Assembly: GCF_036321535.1 (NCBI RefSeq) | Contig: NC_087437.1 | Location: 106,828,001 to 106,892,000 of the forward strand | Direction: 5' to 3' | Source of the DNA: Camelus dromedarius | Lineage: Eukaryota | DNA: 64,000 bases | Shown: piece by piece, positions 12,955 to 25,849 of the stretch | Position numbering within the stretch: position 1 is the first letter of the stretch | Layout: each line of letters starts with the position of its first letter | Program-made: the position numbers and the translations under genes | Notes under the pieces: generated by a model | Databases searched by the model: none | What the model was told of the DNA's origin: nothing | The model's input: the letters and a program-made list of their open reading frames with translations, nothing else

Positions 12955-14707
12955 ATTCTAGTCGGAAGTTGACATGTCTGAATGGCTTACTGTGAAATGT
13001 AGCCTAAACCACAAGACTAGTGTCATAATAACACAGATAAATGGCCAAGCTTTTACTTATTTATTTTAATTTACATTTTGTTCAGTTTTATTTTTACATT
13101 AAAGGTTTTAGTTAATTTAAAACTTGTATTTGTCTGTGGCTTGACATAGACATCTATTGAAAGCTTCTGTCCACTAGAAACATTTTCTTTAAAATGTTTT
13201 CTTTACACATTTTATCTAAAAAGTTAATTTTGCACATATGGAAACTCAATCCCATTATTATTGCTTAAAATATGTTATTAAAAATAAACATGTTTACTTC
13301 CCTGATGAAAACTCTTCAACTGCTAACAATATCAGTTACAATAAAATCTAAATGGCCAATCTTCTAAATTAAGAATTGCAGCAAAGAACAAGCAACATTT
13401 CAACAAACATATCTCTAAAATGTCTTCTAAATTGCGCCCTTACCAAAAAGGTGATGGTAGTGTTCTGATCAGCACGCCTGTATAAACACAGGGCTTTGCC
13501 TTGTATGCAAACACAAACTATGTTTCTTCTGGGTCCCTTTAACTTGGTTCTCTTTACCAGGAGCTTGATCGGTTGAACCATTTACTGATCTGCCTATACT
13601 CAGGGATTTGAGAAAGCAGAATTGAGTCCCTGAGACAAGAGGAAGATGGAGACACAGAACTGGGTGGGATGTCCTCGAGGGATGCTGTAGTGAGCAAAGG
13701 CTTTGCAAGTCTTTTGTGGGCTGAGCAACTCCAGGATTCACAGCTGAGGACACAGCCCTGGAGAGAAAGCAGCAATGATGTATGCAGTTCTCCACGGCTG
13801 CTTTAGACCCTGAGAGGCTGGGCCATTCCAAGCTTTCTTTCCCATAAGAAAACAAAATAACTCCTGTGGAGTCTAAATATACACTCCCTCTGCATTACAC
13901 CCACTCCTTTGCTTCATTATATCTAGGAAGACTGAGACAAAGAGATTTATAACAAACTTCATCCAAGCCAAGAAAGGCAGCCTCCACATAAAACAGGAAG
14001 TTACAGCTGGAGACCCACTGAACTGTTACTTATAAGCATGTGGCTCTAAGTTGTTTTTATGTTGAAGCTTTTTCCTGCCTCCCACTTGAGGAGCACACAC
14101 CAGATGACTCTACAGATTGACTCTGCCTCGTTCTCTGTCATGAAGCTGCGGTGTGTCTTTATGCTTCAGTAACAAAGCCTTTATATTTTGCCATCTGCAT
14201 ATAAAAATGGCTGGAGGACATTTCAGTGAGATTCCCTATGGTTTATACAGCTGCATGTTGAACGTGAAAATCTAAGATATGAAACAGTGTTCTTTCATTC
14301 ATATGGCCTTTGAATTCTGATAAAGTGATAATATAATGCTGAAGAGCAGTATTTTGAGGACCATGCACCATGAAATAAACATGGCACATCTTTTACAGTA
14401 CCAGCTACTGGAAGGCATTCTGAAATAATACTTGTATACCTGTGGAATGTGCTACCTTTTCCTACAGGTAAACAGGTTTCAGTAGGAAGTAAACTTTTCA
14501 AGGTATCAATTTTAGAATTGCTGATTAACTCGGGCAGTTTTGTCCATCCTTAAAGGTCAAATCATCTTTTAAAGATGTATGGATGCAGCTGGAGATACGT
14601 CCCTTTGAAATTCTTTCATAACCAGTAATTCCACTTCTCTGATTTACAGAGGGGAAATATGCCATTTATCACTAATGTCAATATGATTGTCTGGACTATT
14701 ACAACAT

Positions 14708-15353
14708 TGAGGGATGCTATGAAATTCATAGAAGAAAGTATTTTTTACCTACTCAGGTTGAGGTGGGAAACCGCATAAAAAGACCGGCAGGACCCTCAGG
14801 CAGGGCCACTACTCTCCTGCCAACACCATCCGGTTCCCTGGCCCAGAGGCTTTGTCTCATTTTTTGCCTCTGAAATGGCTTACTTACCCCTAAAATTCTA
14901 TTGGTTTCCTGAGCTCACTCCTGACTGGTTATTTCCCTCAATCCTGATTGGTTATTTCCTTCACTCCTGATTGGCTCATTTCCCTAACTTCTGATTGGTC
15001 CATTTGTAGTACTTCATTTGTATGGATCTCACTCTTGATTGGTTATTTCTCTCACTTCTGATTGGCCCATTTCCCTCACTCTTGATTGGTTATTTCTCTC
15101 CCTCCTGATTGGTCCATTTCTACAAAGCTTGTTCCTAATTAGTTAACTTTTGTTATACCTTATTTGCATATTATGTTGCAAATTGTAAACTGGCAGCCTA
15201 TAAAAGCCTGTGTAAACCTACAGACAGGGTCCAAAACTTGGGGTGTTAACTCCTCTGGGCTGGCTTGCGTAATAAACCTGAATTCTCCAACTCTCAGAGT
15301 GCTGCTTGGTCTCTCGCCCAGATCCAGGTTGCTGTCACAACTGAGCTGTAACA
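14708..15353 (+). mobile_element. ERV solo LTR with tandem CCAAT-box array (left boundary approximate)
   Basis: Repeated ctgattgg units 14915-15120, TATAAAA 15199-15205, AATAAA 15271-15276, ends gagctgtaaca. Confidence 0.8.
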
Positions 15354-16706
15354 CATTTTTTCTGCAACAAGGTCAACATCTCTAAAGCAAATGTAAAGGT
15401 AAGGTGCACTGTGTTACCAAACTTGTACAACAGTATTTTATAAAATGTGGAAACTGAGGAAAATCATCCATAATTTCATCACCACAGTTTAACAAACAAT
15501 ATCTTTACCTACTCCCTTCTAGTCATTTGTGTACTGATATCCTTGTAGGCATGTAAAATGGTCTATGCCTTTTCACTTTGTATTGTAACTTAGTGTTTTT
15601 CATTCTGATTCATCTTCTTCATGAACTTTCTTGTTAACAGCTGCATTTTACACCACTGATGATTCACTTATTTTTAGATTAACAATTTTTTTATCATTAT
15701 AAATAATGGAGTGACAAACATCCTTCCACACAGAGACTTTCTATTACTTCAAATTCATTTTTTAGAATAGAATTCTAGAAATCTTCTAACTGGCTACCAT
15801 TTAATGTTTTGGTAATTTAATAGTTAAAAAAAGCCACTATTACAATAGCTCCTTATTTTACATTTCTTTGATAGTGGTGAGGTTTGACATTGTCCTCCAT
15901 CTTGTTTATTATTTGTAATTCATACTGTGTGTGTGTTTGTTTGTTTGTTTGTTTGTTTTTGGTTTGTTTTGGGCTGATAATTTACAAATTGGGATCTTAA
16001 TTAGCATTAAGATAACAAGATATAAACAAGTGTATGAAGTTATACACCTTTTCTGTATATCCTTCTAAAAATAGCTCTTTGTCAAGATGGTTAGTTGTTA
16101 TTTTTGCCTTACTGACATAGTGAAGTTTAAAACTGTCTCTCACAAAACACATGATTCTTCATCTTTTTGATCTCTTCTGTATGGTTTCCAAGGTTAAAAA
16201 TGTATCTTCTTTTTCAGGCATCTGATGCATAACCTGTCTTTTTCTGAGCTTTTCCATGTAAATTTATATATTTGGGGTGTCCTTACATCTGTTATTTTAT
16301 TTGGTGTAATTTGCTTCGAAGCTTTTTTTTTTTTTTGAAGTTTTAAATTTTGGTTAAGCCAAATTATCAAAATGTGGCCTCTTAATTCTCACTTTTCACA
16401 TTGTTTTGTCATCTCTCCTTTAAATTGTGTAAAATTTTAATCTACTTGTTCTGTTCCAATGACCAAGGCATATCTTTTTTTTTTTTTTTTTTTTTTAACC
16501 ACAAATACCTGATTTTAATTATTATTGATTGTAAATAGTTTTACTGCCTGGTAGGACAAGTGAAATCTCATGACTTTTTCTTTTTTAACCTGTATTTTTT
16601 TAAATTTACTTTTTTCAATTGAGACATAGTCGACATATAACACTGTGTAAGTTCAAGGTGTTCAGTGTGTTGATTTGATAGTTATATATGGTAGTATGAT
16701 TACCAC

Positions 16707-17025
16707 TGGTTAAATTAATCACACAGGGAAGTTGTTAGACGGTACTGACTGACTCTTATGGAGAGGTGGTGTCTATGTAAGCAAGCCAAAATCTAAGCTG
16801 CGAGTACCTCAAAGTTACAAAACCAAAACACTCAGGACAGCCAATCACAAACAGCCAACTAGGCTAATGTAAGCTAAAGCAAATCAAATAATTTCCTTTT
16901 GTTGCTTCCATGCGTTCTCTCTATAAGGCAGGGCGCTCCTAACCACTTTAGGTTAGGTGTTACCCTATTTTTGCTCAAATAAACTCTTAAACATTAACAA
17001 ATATGCCTCAGTTTATCTTTTAACA
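16707..17025 (+). mobile_element. Older ERV1 LTR (MER34-like) next to an L1 3'-end fragment (~16590-16706)
   Basis: gtaagcaagccaaaatctaag...cagccaatcac...gctcaaataaactct...cctcagtttatcttttaaca resembles MER34-family LTRs. Confidence 0.65.
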
Positions 17026-17104
17026 CCCCTCCGCATTTGCTGACACTTCTATCACTCATGACTTACTTTAAAAGACAACTTCTAATATTATTACTAGGAG
17101 CAGA

Positions 17105-17395
17105 CCTTCTCCTGACCCCTCCCCAAACCCCACCACTCACTGTTCGCCTGCCCCCACTCAGAGCAGAGGCCCAGAGGGCTCTTGGCAAGACCCGTCCCGC
17201 CCCCCTGCGCCCTCCCCCCAACGCCCCCCACCCGCAGACGCAGGCCCGCCCCCCACACCCCCCTACAATCGCCCAAGACGCAACTCCGGAAGCGCTGACG
17301 TGGTTAGAACCTTCCTCTCAGATACTATCAGACACGTCCAGGCACGTTTCCATCCCGCTGTCACCCCGAGCAGGACGAGGTCACCTTCATTGTAG
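17105..17395. promoter_or_regulatory. Small CpG-rich, promoter-like element in the CYYR1 last intron
   Basis: Two GC boxes (17196-17203, 17245-17252), CCGGAAG at 17286-17292, TGACGT at 17296-17301; CpG density well above the surroundings. Confidence 0.4.
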
Positions 17396-17501
17396 ATCTT
17401 TCACTCTGGAAGCCTTTACATATCTGACCTAATTAACTTTCCAAACTTTCCCCACCTGTGCTCAGTACAACATCCAGTCTGTCATCAGAAAAGCCCTCTC
17501 T

Positions 17502-17644
17502 AAAATATGAGAACAAATATATGTGTGTATATGCATGACTGGGGTATTGTTCTGTACACCAGAAATTGACACGTTGTAATTGACTGTACTAAAGTTAAGA
17601 AAGAAAAAAAAATACCACTAAGCCATTAAAAAAAAAAAAAAGAA
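17502..17644 (+). mobile_element. Severely 5'-truncated camelid L1 3' end with two A-tracts
   Basis: atatgcatgactgggg...tgtacaccagaaattgacacgttgtaattgactgtact; 15-bp TSD agaaaagccct(c/t)tct at 17487-17501 / 17645-17659. Confidence 0.85.
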
Positions 17645-18199
17645 AGAAAAGCCCTTTCTCTGTCCTCACCCTCCTGTCAACCCTCTACACATGACTCCAG
17701 TGCCGAATACAAGGAAGTTCTCTTTTGATTGTGTCTGTTTTCTCAGAGAAGTGACATCTCCATCATCTGCTGAGAGAAACGCTGAGGAGTTTTTTTTTCT
17801 TTCTTTTTTCTTTTTTGCCTTTTGAGAAGAGAGACGAATGCATGAGGTAGTTATCTCAGGGAGCGAAAGGGAACCTTCGCTTTACCTCTCTATTGTGGTT
17901 AAAATCTGATTTTCGTGAGAGGGCAGCTTCCTCTGCAGCACTGTTAAATCAGATCTATTCTTTCTCCCACATCCTCCATCCTGTGGGGCCAGGAGATGCT
18001 CTGGGTGTTCCCTGTGATTCTCATACCCATTTTTAAACAACTAAGTTCCCTCTTTAAAAACGATCTGGTGAGATTAAATGAGATTATACTTCTTCCTACG
18101 CCCCCTTGTTATCAGTATCTGTGGTCCTCTCTACGCTAAACTTTCACTGATTGAAGGTTTGGCATCAGGCCCATTACCTTCCTTTGCATCACGACTTCT

Positions 18200-18615
18200 G
18201 TTGTCGTTCTCTGTGATTTCAACATCCACTTGTTGAAGAAAATTTCTAGCCCCAATATGAAGCCGCTCCAGCTCGGCTGCCACATCCGCAAACCAAAACT
18301 TAGATACTTTCATGTCCTCGTAAAGCTTTGCTTGATCAGAGACTCGGTGTATCCCATCAGCTAATCCCCAAACGCCAAGCCAACCCTGAGCTCTATACTT
18401 CATGTCCTGGTTCCTTCTCACCACAAACAAGATTGACTGTGTGGCCCCAACCAATCAGATAGTTTCTATTTTTCTCTTCTTCGTTCTTTATTCTTCACCC
18501 TATAAGAGCTCCCTGCCTTCTACCCATTTTGCTGCGCTTCCCGGGACGACCATCCAATTCATGAAGTGTTAAGGTTTGTATCACCTAAATTGTCTTCTTT
18601 GATCAGTTTGTAACA
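18200..18615 (+). mobile_element. Possible degraded ERV LTR
   Basis: ccaatcag, ctataaga and an LTR-like 3' end; termini not clear. Confidence 0.35.
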
Positions 18616-21020
18616 CATGTAACCTTGCCTCTCAGTCCCTTGGGCCTTTTGCCTTTAAAAATCTTTTTTTCACCCTTGTTGTAACCAGTAATGGTACCAC
18701 TTTGTAAATCTGATCACCACTTCTCATCTTTCTGGAATACACACATCCCATCTTGGACCAAATCTGGATTTCTGATTTACTGTTGGCATTAAACAAATTA
18801 ATTTAAACTGATGTCACCTCTTTGCTGTCTACATGTCTTTCTTCATTCAGCTTAGATTTATGGTCCATCACTAAAATTATTTCTGTGCATCTATCAATTT
18901 TCTTATCTCTTTCTCTCCCGCATTGCCTGACAAAGCTCCAGTCCTGATTAAATCCAGCGTTTTGGCTACCCCAGATCTGTGTCTAGGAGCTTAATGTGGT
19001 GAGAGAAAAATGCACAGTTGTGCTGACTGATCTCACTTTAAGTGCATGGCCATATTCTGAAGGGTGACATTGACATTGTTCGGAAATGATGCACTGGGCA
19101 TTTCACCACCCCTCCCTTCTCTGAGATTACTGTTTCATACTTTTTTCTTTCTCCTAACTGCAAACACCTCCTCAAGCCACTTTCAGCATAAGACTCGCTT
19201 CTTATTTCACTAAGAAAATAGGTACAGTCAGAAGAGACCATCCTCACTTCACTAAGTCCTCTGCTGCGTCATGAGTTCAGCACATGTACTAATAAGGTTG
19301 CCCTCATTTGTGAAGTCGGTGATGCAAATGGAGTTTTGATTTCTTAGTGGAATATTTCGAAGAAATTTTAAAGACTACAAGCCAGTTATTTTGGATGTTC
19401 CTTGACTTAGGTTTGTCAGATATCTTCTCAGGCTAAGATTCAGGCTACGAACTTCTGGCCAGATCACTACACAAACGAAGTTGTGTCATCCTCAAAGAAC
19501 ACCCGAAGGCACAAGACGTCCATCTGTCCCTCTTTGGTGTTAATTCATTTTTACTTCCTCATCAAGATGTTGTCTATTTCTCCACTGTGTAATCACTCTT
19601 TTTTCCTCTTGTAACTAACAAGGAATCTGGAGATGCACACTTTAAAAGTTCCTTAGCAAACCTTCCCCCCTGATTTACCATTGATTGATGATTCTTATCC
19701 TAAACTTTTTTAATGATGCTTTTAAAATGATGCTTTTTCCAGCTCCACAACTTCTTTCTACATATATCTTTTGGCATTTTTCTTTTAGTAAGAAACTCCC
19801 CTCCTTCTTCATTGATTATCAATCTATCTATCTATCTATCTGTCCATCCATCTATCACTTACCTACTTACCATTAAGGACTCAATAATGTACTTCAAATC
19901 TCAATTTTCTTGATGATATTGAAATCCCTTGTTTTTCTTTCGTTGCTGTTTGATTTTTATCTCTTTGCCAAGCCTTTTCTTATGCTTTTTCTGTGTTATT
20001 CTGTAGTATTTTCTTTCATCTGTGTATCATCCAAAACCATTTTTTTAAAAGAGGGTTAACATAATTACTTTCTTTTGTTTATACTGAAGTTCTGGAAAGT
20101 GGTGGAAATATAAGACTTGACAAATAATTCCCATTTTCAGCCTGAGGGTTCTAAATATAGTTGTAATTAAACAGAACATGGTTCATGCTGTCCAACATGC
20201 CAGGAATACAAAACTATTTTGAAAGGTCACTGTCCAACAAAGGGTCGGGCGTGGCAGAGAACATTTACTTGGTAACCTCCTCCCAGTTCAGAGTAATAAA
20301 GTTCACTGTAGGGTTCCCCACCGAGAGCTTTTACCAAGGGATACGATAACCTGGACTAAATTATGTTCTACTCATTTACATGGACGCCAGGCTGTAGGAC
20401 TGTATAATAACTTGAGTGGTTATTCAGTTATCACAGGGTTAATTAATTAATATGAGTAAAATCACTTTCTATTTCCATAGACGAAAGATTTTGAAAAGCA
20501 CTCAGCATCACTCTGTGTTGTTTCCTGATCCTTTAAGTAACAGCTCTATTAGTGACTTTGAGAAGGAAATGAGAAGTAAGCAAACAAATTATGTTTGCAA
20601 AGTCCTAGTCTTTTTGCAGTAAAAAATGCCTCCACCATAAGGTTTATTATGTTTTTTGCATTATTCAGTTCCCAAAACAACACTTTTACTGAAAATGGAT
20701 CAGCCAGTATAAATAATGCCACTAGAATAAAGTTTTTAAAAACACATTTCCATGCATGAAATAGAAACCTCAGATCCAAGAAGATACATCACATTAAAAT
20801 ATTTTGTATTTTCTAGTCTAATTTTATAAAAAATTTTTAAAATGTTTTAAGACTTGATTTTAACCATACATTTTGACTGAGCAAACATGTGTCCAGAATG
20901 TTCTCTACAGCATGCGTCACGTCTTCGCTTGTTTGATGTCTCCGTTGGACTGTCCTCTTTTGAGTCATGGATTGAACAGGTGAAATGGGGAGATGTGAAG
21001 AATAAAAAATAATTCCCCCT

Positions 21021-21097
21021 ATTTTTTCCTTATACCATAGTCTTCACATTCCTTATACTGTAGTCTTCACATTTTTTCCTTATACCATAGTCTTCAC
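21021..21097. repeat. Tandem repeat 27/23/27 bp (ttccttataccatagtcttcac)
   Basis: Copies 1 and 3 identical; middle copy shorter and with two substitutions. Confidence 0.9.
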
Positions 21098-21239
21098 AAC
21101 AATATCCTTAGTAAGTTGGGAAGATTCAAAACTGTGAATTCCTTTTGTAGTGAGTAAAAGTGACAGATTTCAGGGTGGAATTTAATGTAAATTTTCTAAG
21201 TGTTGATGTAACTAAATCAGGTTTTTTTCAGGATGCTCT

Positions 21240-22460
21240 GCATCCGCTCAGCCACATCTGCTGAGTGGCCATCATGAGCCAGTTCTGGTCTCGTGTGCTT
21301 GGGATTGAAAGGTGAACAAAATTGATAATTATCCTTGCCTCATGGAGCCAGTGTTCTAGAAAGAGGGGGTGGACGATAAATATAAACGTAACAATTAGGT
21401 GAACTAGGATGGTATCTTAGAAGATTAAGAGAAGAACTGGGCAAGAAAAGGAGAGGAAGGGCAACTGGGGTGCTGTGGGGAGGGCCACGTTACAATCTTC
21501 AGTGGGGTGATCAGGGAAGGCCTCATCCAGGAGGTGACCTTAGACAAAGACTTGGATTAAGTGAGGGACTTGGTGTTCTAGGCAAAGCCCAAAGATGAGG
21601 GGGTGCCCTGTGTGTTCACCGAACAGCCAGGAAAAAAGTGTGACTGGAGCCAGAGTGGGAAGAGAGAGAGCAAGGAAAAGAGACCAGAGAAATAAAAACA
21701 GGAGCCAATTCATACGTTGCCTTGTGGGCCTTGGTAAAAGATTTGTCTGATACTTTGGATAAAATGAGAAACCACTGTCTTTGACTCTACCTCTGGGGGA
21801 AATGGGGAGCCACTGAAAGATTTTGAGCAGAGGTGTGATTTGACACTGAATCATCTTAAATGGGTTCTGTCTGCTACTGTGTTTAGAATAGACCCCTGGG
21901 GGCCAGGAGTGGAGGCTGGGAGAGCCATTAGGATGTGATCCAGTAATGGAGGTGAGAGCTGATGGTGGCACCCATCAGAGAAGGAATGGTGCGAAGTCGT
22001 CAGATACTGAATATATTCTGCAGATGGAGCTGAGAAATTTTCCTGGTAGCTTGCATGTAGATGTGAGGGAAAGACAGAGAAGTCCAGGAGGATGCCAAGG
22101 TTTTTGGCCTGAGCTGTTGGAAGGCTGGAGACACCATCAGTTGAGACGGTAAAGGGTGAATGGAGGACTTGTGGTGGGGGATGATCAGAAGTACAACTTT
22201 AGACATGTTAAATCTGAGATATCATAGGCAGTGGGATCAGATGAATCTGAAATTCAGGAAAGAGGGTTGGAGTGGAGATATATAACTTTGGGAGGCATTT
22301 AGCCTATAAATAGTACTTAATAGCATGAGGTTAAATGCTGTAACCACAGAAGTAAGTGTAGATACAGGATAGAAGAAGACACAAGAGTGAGTCTTGAGAC
22401 ATTCTAACAAGGAGCTATTGGAGAAGAGAGAGGGCTGACAAACGAGGACAGAGGGAATGA
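21240..22460 (+). mobile_element. L2 remnant
   Basis: Purine-rich L2 motifs (gggaaggcctcatccaggaggtgac, gagccactgaaagattttgagcag, ccaaggtttttggcctgagc). Confidence 0.65.
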
Positions 22461-23198
22461 TCATTGTCACGTGCATCTGAAATTCTGAAATTTTCTCCCT
22501 CAAGCTAAAGATGATAGGGAAAAGGTTAAGAGAGGAAAGAAGTTATTAGGAAATTGATACACAGGGCAGACTGGATGTAGAAGGTACCATCTCCCTTTTT
22601 TATAGGGACTGAGAGAGAGCACATGAGTGTGGATAGGAAATTATCTTCCTAAGGATGTGTTAAATGTAGAACTTGACTCCTTTTTATAAGACAAATTGTA
22701 TGTATATAGATTGACTTAGAAAATGCTATTGAAATCATCTAAGGCAAAACACAGCATTTTGGTTATGAAGTCATATGTCTTCAATATATTTATATGTGGA
22801 AATTCCAGGAGATTCTCAACAAATACTCATCGAACTCTTCATAGATCACCTTTGCTTTTTGTTGGTAATTTTAATATTATGTTAAAAAAAATGTTTTCTT
22901 TGTGTAAAAAGGACACATCAAAACTTCCTTCAATTCTTTTTTCTCAAGACATACATACTTACTGAATCAGATGCCAGTTTATTCAGACATGTAACTTATA
23001 CCTTATAATCATTTGTCAGAACTCACTGGCAGACAGACACAGTGGGTGCAAATTGTCTGTTTCTCTTCACTGTGGTTGATGGGCAATTGTAGTCAATAAG
23101 ACAACCACTGAAAATATGAACAGCTTCAAATGGTAGGTAGGTTTTATTATGTGGATCTAAGTAACCTCCACTGAAACTTAGAGCTTCAGTCTACATTA

Positions 23199-23543
<345 letters not shown>

Positions 23544-24713
23544 TCAAATACAGCTGCATGGCTATATAACACATGCCCCCTTCCAAATGTTCTTAAGGAT
23601 AATGTTTAAAAAGACTCATGTTTTTAAGTTCTTGAAACATGTTCTGTAAATTAATCATTTCCTTTCCAGCATTTTCTCTGTTTCTCTTTCTTGAAGCCTA
23701 CCCTGAAATAAACCTCTGAGCCTCCTGCATAACTTCTCTAATTTTTCTTATTTCTGTTTTCTTGAACTACTTTCTGGGGAATGTCACTGACCTTGTCTTC
23801 CCAAGTTGTACTGAACTTTTAAATTTCAGCTATCATGTTTTTAACTTCCAGATTCTCTATCTTATTGTCTATTGCACCCACTTTTTTATAGATTCCTTTT
23901 TTGCTTTTATGAATGCAACTTCTTCTATTAATCTCTGACAGTCTTCATGATATATATATACATATATATATATGTATGTATGTATTTAACACTTTATCTA
24001 CTATTTGTATTTCCTATGTTCTGTTCTGTTCCTCTGTTTATTGATTGTTTATTCTGATCTGTTTCATGTTTGACACTTTCCTTACATGTCTAGTGATCCC
24101 TGAAGCTATTCCTGTGTAAAAAGATACTATATAGTAATAGCTGGTTGGAAGTTCAGTGTGCAAAGCCAAAATTGGACAGGTGAACTCCACAGCAGAGGAT
24201 TAATTGAGGTCAACTCCCACAGTCTTTTTCTTTTTCTTTTTCTTTTTCTTTTTTTTTTCCCTTTGGAGCTGTTCATTTTACTCCTTAAAAGGATCCTCTA
24301 GTTTCACACTTGGGGAATATGAACTGGATTGCCAGTTTTCTGGAGTCTGGGGTTCTATCCATGAGGGTATGAACTTTCACACAATCCTCATGCTTTCAGC
24401 TGGGAGACTCAGTCTCATTCTGCTGTGGCAGAGGAGGCTTTCAGGATAGGTCTTCAGTAGCAGTATCTTTGCGGTTTAAAAGCATGACTTCTAAAGCCAA
24501 ACTGCCATGGTTCCAGCTGTAACTGGGTCAACTTGGGCACCTTGCTCAATGCCCCATTTTGCTTAGTGGTGAAATAAAGGTCAGCCTGGTGCTTATCTGA
24601 CTCTTCTCCCAAATTTAATGTCATGAAATATCTATACTCTTGGATTCATCTGCCACATAAGTAAGTTCCTATTCTCAGTGCTATATAAACACCTGTCCTG
24701 GACTCTTCTAGGA

Positions 24714-25009
24714 CAGGCCCATGATCTCTCATTCCAAACTCTTGGGACTAGACATGTCTCATAAGTCAGGAATTTTCAGATTTTCAAAAAGGATCGTAGT
24801 CCACACACCGTATACTGCATGGTACCCCACGGCCCGCATCCCGAGCACAACACACTTACATTTCTGCAGTAAAGTTGGGAATATTAACACTCGTGGATTA
24901 CACAGAAACTATCAGAGAGCGCCAGTCTTGCCAACTGAATGATTTAAAACCTTTACTTTGCAGAATATTTTGAGGATTTCAGAACTGCAGATAAGGGACT
25001 GTGGACCTG
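24714..25009. mobile_element. TcMar-Tigger-like MITE
   Basis: Imperfect terminal inverted repeats caggcccatgatctctc / gataagggactgtggacctg followed by TA. Confidence 0.6.
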
Positions 25010-25849
25010 TATTTATACCTTTCAGAAGAGATTTTCTCCTTATGACTTTACCCCATTCACTTAAAAAAGAAAAAAAAAGCATACCATTAGGCATTCCTAT
25101 AGACTCCTTTAAAACATTTCCACATGCATTGTATCTTTTTTCATAAATTATGAAAGCAGGGAGGGAGGAGACATATTTGGATGGCCTGCTATTAGCAATT
25201 AAAGAATGGCAGAGTCTAGCAGTTTAATAAACAAGTATTTTTAAGAAACAAGATTTATCAAAGGAGATAACTTGAAATTTAAAAAAAACTAAAAGCAATC
25301 TGGAAACCTTCTTATTGTAACTTTCAGGTCTCCATAAGATGAAATTGAAGGGCTTAACTTATGTTCCAGAAATAATCAATGGCCCAATTATTCAGGCATA
25401 GAGTTTCCAAAGTATGTGTTATGAAAGCTGAGATATCAAATTGGGACATATTTATATTCATTAATTCCTTTTTAAATAGAGAAAAGTAGAAAATCAGTCA
25501 CATTTTGTTTGCTTGTTGGCAGCTCCAGCAAAAGCGACTGTTCTTGAGGTCAGTAATGGGGTTGCAACTAATGTGTTAAATGAGTTTTTTGATAAAATCA
25601 TGATTTTAGTGTCCTTGATCCTTTGATACCCATTAGCAATTGTAAATTGGTATATTAAGACATGGCAAGTATAGAATTTATAGCATTATTTAAAAATAAA
25701 CAGTAAGCTTCCAATATATAAATGATTTGGTTTAGTCAACTGTTGGAAAGAGAAAAGCTATTCATTTGAGAAGTTTGACATCATAAAATCCTTGAAAAAA
25801 TTTAGAGAATGTATTTTTTTTTAAAAGAACGCCTTACAAAGTTTCTGTA

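Noticed and set aside
14915..15120. CRISPR-like regularly spaced repeats (also 37913-37978, 21021-21097)
   Set aside because: Tandem units lack unique spacers, the context is mammalian and no cas genes are present.
11401..17025. LTRs as the two ends of one provirus
   Set aside because: Different families or orientations, two have their own clean TSDs, and no gag/pol/env or PBS was seen between them.
17037..17432. 131-aa proline-rich ORF
   Set aside because: Non-ATG start; proline richness simply reflects the C-rich tract; no recognisable protein.
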